Virus record (IMG/VR): IMGVR_UViG_3300042197_004429 | Span: 96,001-160,000 of that record | Reading direction: 5' to 3' (one strand) | Source: a virus | DNA length: 64,000 bases | In this document: positions 58,924 through 64,000 of the stretch, in pieces | Position numbering within the stretch: the stretch's first letter is position 1 | Layout: each line of letters opens with the position of its first letter | The notes under the pieces: generated by a model | Databases searched by the model: none | Told to the model about the DNA's origin: nothing | Seen by the model: only the letters and a program-made list of their open reading frames with translations | Program-made: the position numbers and the translations under genes

Positions 58924-59898
58924 ATTTGATGAAGATTATAGTTGGGAAGATAGCATAAGACATTTTTTTGTTTGGTATTATCAACAAAATGAGCAATCAA
59001 ATGGTGTTTGAGAGCGTAGACAAAGCAATTGAATATAGTTTTACAATACCTTGGAAGATTGATGTTTGCCATGTTGGGGAAGAGTGTTGGTGTCGATTGA
59101 TCTTGCCAATTGAGCCGATCAAATACACCCACACCTACTCAACAGGAGAAAAAACTGAAGTTGATTATGAATCTATCATTCCAGACGGTAGTGTAGACAA
59201 AGACACAGCAGAATATATTGTAAAAATTCACAATGAGAGAATAGAAAAAAATGTTTCAGATAATTAGTGTTGCTTTGACAATCGTGTGCTGCTTCGCAAC
59301 TGGTTGTTATGTTGGTGAGTGTATTAAAAATTACTAATGATTAAAGTGTGGTCCATACCACAATAAAAATGTGACCCAAACCGCCAAAAGAACGTATATC
59401 CAAAAATTTGGAGGCGACCTTAGCATATATTATAATATGAAAGTCTCTAACAATTTTCTAACAATTTTCTAACTAAATCTTAATAATTAACATGAATAAT
59501 CAAGAATGTGTGGACCCACAAGCCACTATTGAAACTTGTTTTGCCTGCGGAGAAAAAGTACACACTTGCGAAAGAGTAGTTGCTGTTAATGGTGACTATA
59601 GATGTCCTGTTCACCCAAATGGTTTAGAAAGCAACGATGGTTTGTGGTTTTGCAGCGTGGATTGCTATGATAACCACTTTAACAAAAACATTAAAATGAA
59701 TGACAAAAATCAGGACTATTGAACTTGAATACGATTTAATCGAAATTCACCATAACAAAAATTTGAAGAAGAAACCGTACCTCGTTAGGATTTACAATTA
59801 CAACGACCCTGATCCCAATGAACTTCGATTAGAAGAAGAAGATTTAAAAAATCTGTACGTTATTCTTAAAGATCACAACCTTTTGTGAGTTATAGGTG

Positions 59899-59927
59899 TT
59901 GGCGATAAACAACAATCGTGTTATACT
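59899..59927 (+). promoter_or_regulatory. Putative sigma70 promoter overlapping a copy of the 12-bp motif
   Basis: TTGGCG-N17-TATACT with extended TG; continues into AACTAG. Confidence 0.55.
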
Positions 59928-59955
59928 AACTAGGTGGCACAAAGGACTGCCCACC

Positions 59956-60363
59956 ATGAATCTTGATAGAATTATAGAAATTACTTTCGCTTTGTCTGGT
60001 AAAAGAGACACAACGCAGCGTTGTCGTCATTTTTCTTTTATATGCGACCGAAACAGGATACTATCTATAGGCATGAATAGTCCTAAGACGCATCCTTTTA
60101 ATCTAAAATATAATTACATAAACAAACAAAAACACAACATTAGAAACATTGTTGGAACTCACTCCGAATTAAGTGCGGTTTTAAAACTCGGTTCTGATGA
60201 GTGTCGTGGTCTTACAATAATCAACACAAGAGTAAATCGCAAAAACGAAATAGATTTTAGTCATCCTTGCATCGGCTGCATGGATATGATAAACAAGATA
60301 GGCTTTAAGAGATTGGGCTATACTACAAGGGATAAAAAGTTTGAATTTGTAAACTTGATTTGA
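59956..60363 (+). CDS. Cytidine/dCMP deaminase-like Zn protein
   Basis: THSE...SHPCIGC. Start refined to ATG 59956. Confidence 0.8.
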   Translation: MNLDRIIEITFALSGKRDTTQRCRHFSFICDRNRILSIGMNSPKTHPFNLKYNYINKQKHNIRNIVGTHSELSAVLKLGSDECRGLTIINTRVNRKNEIDFSHPCIGCMDMINKIGFKRLGYTTRDKKFEFVNLI

Positions 60364-60454
60364 ACGGAGTCTAATGTGAGAAGTTTATATTGTTTTTTGG
60401 TGTTCTTTTTTCAAGGTGGTTCTCATTTTCCTTTCAAGAAAGGTTTAAAAAACA

Positions 60455-63400
60455 ATGAATGATTCAATTCAAAGATTGGTGGATTACGCAGTTGAAAAAA
60501 ACTTGAGCGTAAAAAAAATCCGTGAGCGATGCCATAATGCCCTCAACCCTGTGCGAAGTTTTTGCAAAGACATTGAACAACTCAGGTCTGGAAGACCCCC
60601 AACAGACATTCCGTTGCTTGAATTAATATCTTATTCTAATTTGGGAGACGCTGTTTCTTTTGTTGAATTTGATAGTGATGCTGAGTCGGATGCTGGTGTT
60701 TTTCGATTTGTTTCTATTTTTGATCAAAATGATGTTAAAATCCGTCTTGAAAGATACGATGTTGAAGACCAAAAATTCCATCCAGATAACAAATACATTG
60801 CACCATCTGATGCTGTTGTGATGGTTATGGATTGGGCTTTGGCAAATAACGTGGTGTTGCCATAATGAACAATAAAGTTAGAAACCCACAACAATTGATG
60901 GTGTTGATGAGACAATATTGTGAAAAAAATGATATTATTTCTTTTGTTGATCAATTGAGTTTTGAAGAAATAACTTTATGCACTATGGTTTCTGAGTTGT
61001 TGTTGAGCGATCCTTATCTTTCTCATTTGGAAAGAACTGAACGAGAGTGTCAATTTGATTTTTTCAACAATTTGAGAAAAAGCAGACTGGAAGCAAATTA
61101 GATTTTTTAAGGATTGTTTATGAGCGACCGTATAACCCGTGACGAAGTTGAATATGTTGAAATGCTGTGTGTTCAAACAAACACACCAGTTCCGCAAGAT
61201 TTAAAAAGTTATACCGTAAAACAGTTGTTTGATTTCATGAATGAACTGAGAAAACGAACAGCAAACGACAATCGAACCAATGTGGCACTTGATAATCGCT
61301 TGCCGAATGCTGCTAACATTAATTTTGATGGTGCTGGTGAATAATGAGAACTGTGGCAAAAACGCCCTCTGGTTGGTACGAACGCAATTGTGCGAAGTTA
61401 ACCGAGAATGAGCAATACCAACTAATGCACGGCACAGAGGAAGAGTGTGCAGAGGTTTGGAGTCGATTCAAAAACGATTCGATCACCAAATTGTGCGAAA
61501 CGGCTGAATTGGATAATATTTTTGAAAATTTCAACCTAAAAGGTGAATTGGTGATTGCCAATTTGATGTTGCACAGCAAACGTGCCACAGTTACAATGAA
61601 ACACAACGGTAACTTCTACAGAACTGAACACACATGGTAAAGTTAAATGAACAAGACGTTACTGATTTGCTAGAGGTTGTAAAAGAACAAGATGCCGTTA
61701 TTTTAGCATTATTGGAATCGTCAAATGAACAAACACGACCAATGGTGGAAGAACTACAAGACATTAACAAAGTGATTGTAGAACTTCTTACACAACCCGT
61801 TCACAAGATTGAGAGGATGTTTTGATGAAACACAAATTTGACTGCGACGTTGATGGCGGCATTTTGGTGATGAGTGCATTACGATATGCGTTAAATAGAC
61901 ACACCTATGTGCCTGCTAGTGTTCAAGATTGGATACGCAAATATTGGAATGACCTCGACAGAAATACTAAAGCCCACGTTGTGTGGGATACTTTTGAACA
62001 CCTATACACTGTGCGAGTTGTTTTTAATCAAACCGAACATCAGTGTGATTACGATAGTTGGAAGCGATTTGGTATCGAAATGTATCATCAACTAGATTAC
62101 GACAACAGGAAGTGGGTCGATGACAAATGCCGTGATGATTGGTACAAAGACAACATCGACGTTTGGCAAAAGCAGACGGTTTAGAAATCACCAGACTGAA
62201 ACGCTGATGCGATACCTACTAGCGTGCAAGCGGTCACTCGCTGTGTTTAAATCAGAACGGATTGCTGAAATAGAGTTAGAACTTAAACACGAACTAGAAA
62301 CAAGACACAATGCGGCTGTTTGCGATATTCAAGAATGACGAGTTTCTTGGAACCGTGAAGAACTTCAATGGTTCTAGTCTTAAGCGTTGGGCTAGCGAAT
62401 TTTATAAAGTTAATTTGAGTGATGTGCTTGTGTACGAGTTAGTGGAAGTAAAGGACTAATTATGAATTGTGAGAAAGAGTTAAATCTGACTGATCTAAAG
62501 CACGAAGATCAACACTTAACTAGAACTTTCCGTGCTTGGTTGGATAAAGTTCGTGCAGGTGTTGAGGAAGAGTTAGACGAACACAACAAAATTGTTGTGC
62601 GTTGGCACGAATGTAACTTTATGGGTCTTTGCAGTATTGATTTTTGCTACGGCAGCGTTGATGCAAAACACAGCGATTTGATTCGTACAATTTTGAATCG
62701 TTGGGACAATATTGTTGGTGATGCAATACGATACAGTGATAATTTAGCACTTCGTTTAGGTGTTGATAAAACTTTGGTGTGGCGTAGTTTTTTCGACGAT
62801 GAAACAAACGATGAGTGACGAATGGTTAATTGAAAATGGTATCGAACCAGCAGACGTTACCGACAATCTGCGGAATTTATTAAGTTTGTGTGACGATACC
62901 AAATACGCTGATATGCTTCGTGTTTTAATAATTATGGAGGAAGAGTGGACACACAAGAATTGATTCGACAAGCCTATGCTTTAGGTTTTGAACGTGGTCG
63001 ATTTGAAGCGGTTTGCGAGTATTGTAACACAGAAGGTTTGGGCGAAGAGTTTTTGAGTCTTGTTGGTAAAACTATTGAAAAAGACCACTGTGATTTTGAG
63101 ATATTGAGTGGTTGTAAGTTAGGTGAACAATAATGAACACTGTAATTTATGTTGTCAAAATCTTAAATAATCGCACTGAGAGTTTTGATATTATTGGCGG
63201 TGTGTTTGATTGTTTGGAAAAAGTAAATCAGTTTATTGAAAGCAATAATCTTGATAGAGTTTCTGAAGTTAATAAAGTTATTTTAAACCATCATCATGTA
63301 GTGACAGTTGGAAATGCTGAATCTTGATTCTGCTGTTGTTCGTGGATTAAGCGAGTTGCGAAATCGTGACTTTCAAATAATTGAAGTTTCAGAGCAAGAG

Positions 63401-63922
63401 TTTATTCAATCTATGAAATGTCTAGGAAAGAATGAATCTAAGATTTGCATTCATTTAATTGCTTTAAAAAACAACACTCAAATGATTGTGAACGATGGGT
63501 TTCGAATTGTTTTAAAAAATACCAACTAGGAACATCATGGAAAAGCAAAAGTTTTACGAACTTGGCGAGAAGATTGCTAAACTCATGGAAAGTTACAAAC
63601 TGAACGTGTACGATCTTGAGTTTATTAACGAACTGATTGAAAAGACAATCGAACGCAACGAAAAAGAGTGTAGTTATTAACAATCAAGGAGGTCATTGAC
63701 ATGAAACCTATTCAAATCTCCAAAGAAGAATTAGTTGCCGCTACGAGATGCGCCGAATACATCTATGATAGTGAATGGTTGCAAGAGGGATACCAAGATT
63801 TTATTGAAAATGGCAACGATCCACGTGATCATATCATTTATCAAGCAGCAGTATTTTTGGGTAAAGAAGAACCGCTTCAAGTTGATATAAACGAATATCT
63901 AAAAGAACACGTTGGCAATTAA
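60455..63922 (+). other. Run of about 12 small, tightly packed hypothetical ORFs
   Basis: Overlapping start/stop codons and SD motifs; no recognisable domains. Confidence 0.6.
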
Positions 63923-64000
63923 ATTTAGAGGAAAATAATGACAACAAAACAAATCGCCCAGTTACTTAATGCTATCAAAGAAGAAGATGTGATGGATTTT

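Larger units (their letters stand above)
29826..63529 (+). repeat. Dispersed 12-bp motif RATACYAACTAR (+ strand only)
   Basis: Exact copies start at 29826, 32267, 34201, 41797, 45811, 46316, 48460, 52329, 53077, 56324, 61414 and 63518. One-mismatch copies at 53961, 58192, 59922 and 62211; two-mismatch copies at 37545 and 40390. Confidence 0.9.

Noticed and set aside
59449-59475. Short direct repeat AACAATTTTCT x2
   Set aside because: Low-complexity AT-rich duplication with no further copies seen.
31149-62102. Weaker CAACTAG matches inside genes (near 31150 and 62085)
   Set aside because: Three mismatches to the consensus; expected by chance.
29826-63529. 12-bp motif as a CRISPR array
   Set aside because: The repeats are too short and are separated by 0.5-7.6 kb of genes; no cas genes are present.
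1-64000. Stop-codon reassignment
   Set aside because: Recognisable genes are full length in code 11, and TAA, TAG and TGA all terminate tightly packed genes.
1-64000. Many 60-185 aa ORFs overlapping larger genes (e.g. 4212-4493, 29925-30395, 38001-38558, 54873-55379)
   Set aside because: They are shadow or alternate-frame ORFs of well-supported genes and show no motifs.

Overview
This 64-kb window looks like part of an AT-rich large (jumbo-type) bacteriophage genome. It uses the standard genetic code and is densely packed with genes. No virion structural genes or integrase are recognisable. A Planctomycetota-like host is a weak inference from two csrA copies, a prepilin-like ORF, a GlsB-family protein and the style of the attC site. 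Left part (1-29.6 kb, both strands): about 8 glycosyltransferase-like genes, a SAM methyltransferase, ParB-like protein, prs followed by a putative homing endonuclease and a stranded duplicate prs 3' end, csrA, clpX, and a pilin-like ORF. It also holds a strand-alternating cluster of four radical-SAM paralogs (N-terminal SPASM/twitch domain, expanded Cx12-14Cx2C motif) with two carbamoyltransferases, an ARC/Mpa-like AAA ATPase, a DNA methyltransferase and an HNH nuclease. Right part (29.8-64 kb, essentially all + strand): GHKL-HExxH protein, sigma-like factor, two RuvB-like ATPases, two RNA ligases, phosphoesterase, exonuclease, NYN nuclease, MscL, SNF2 helicase, UvsE, DNA ligase, TilS, a deaminase and many small ORFs. 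Main non-obvious observations: (1) a solitary 307-bp integron gene cassette with a canonical attC site inserted between mscL and an RNA ligase; (2) a 12-bp motif RATACYAACTAR seen only on the + strand of the right part, mostly at gene junctions; (3) a tRNA(CAU) split by a 191-nt Azoarcus-type group I intron next to tilS; (4) the unusual radical-SAM/carbamoyltransferase cluster; (5) prs 3'-end replacement associated with the endonuclease. All family calls come from motif recognition by eye; no database searches were run.
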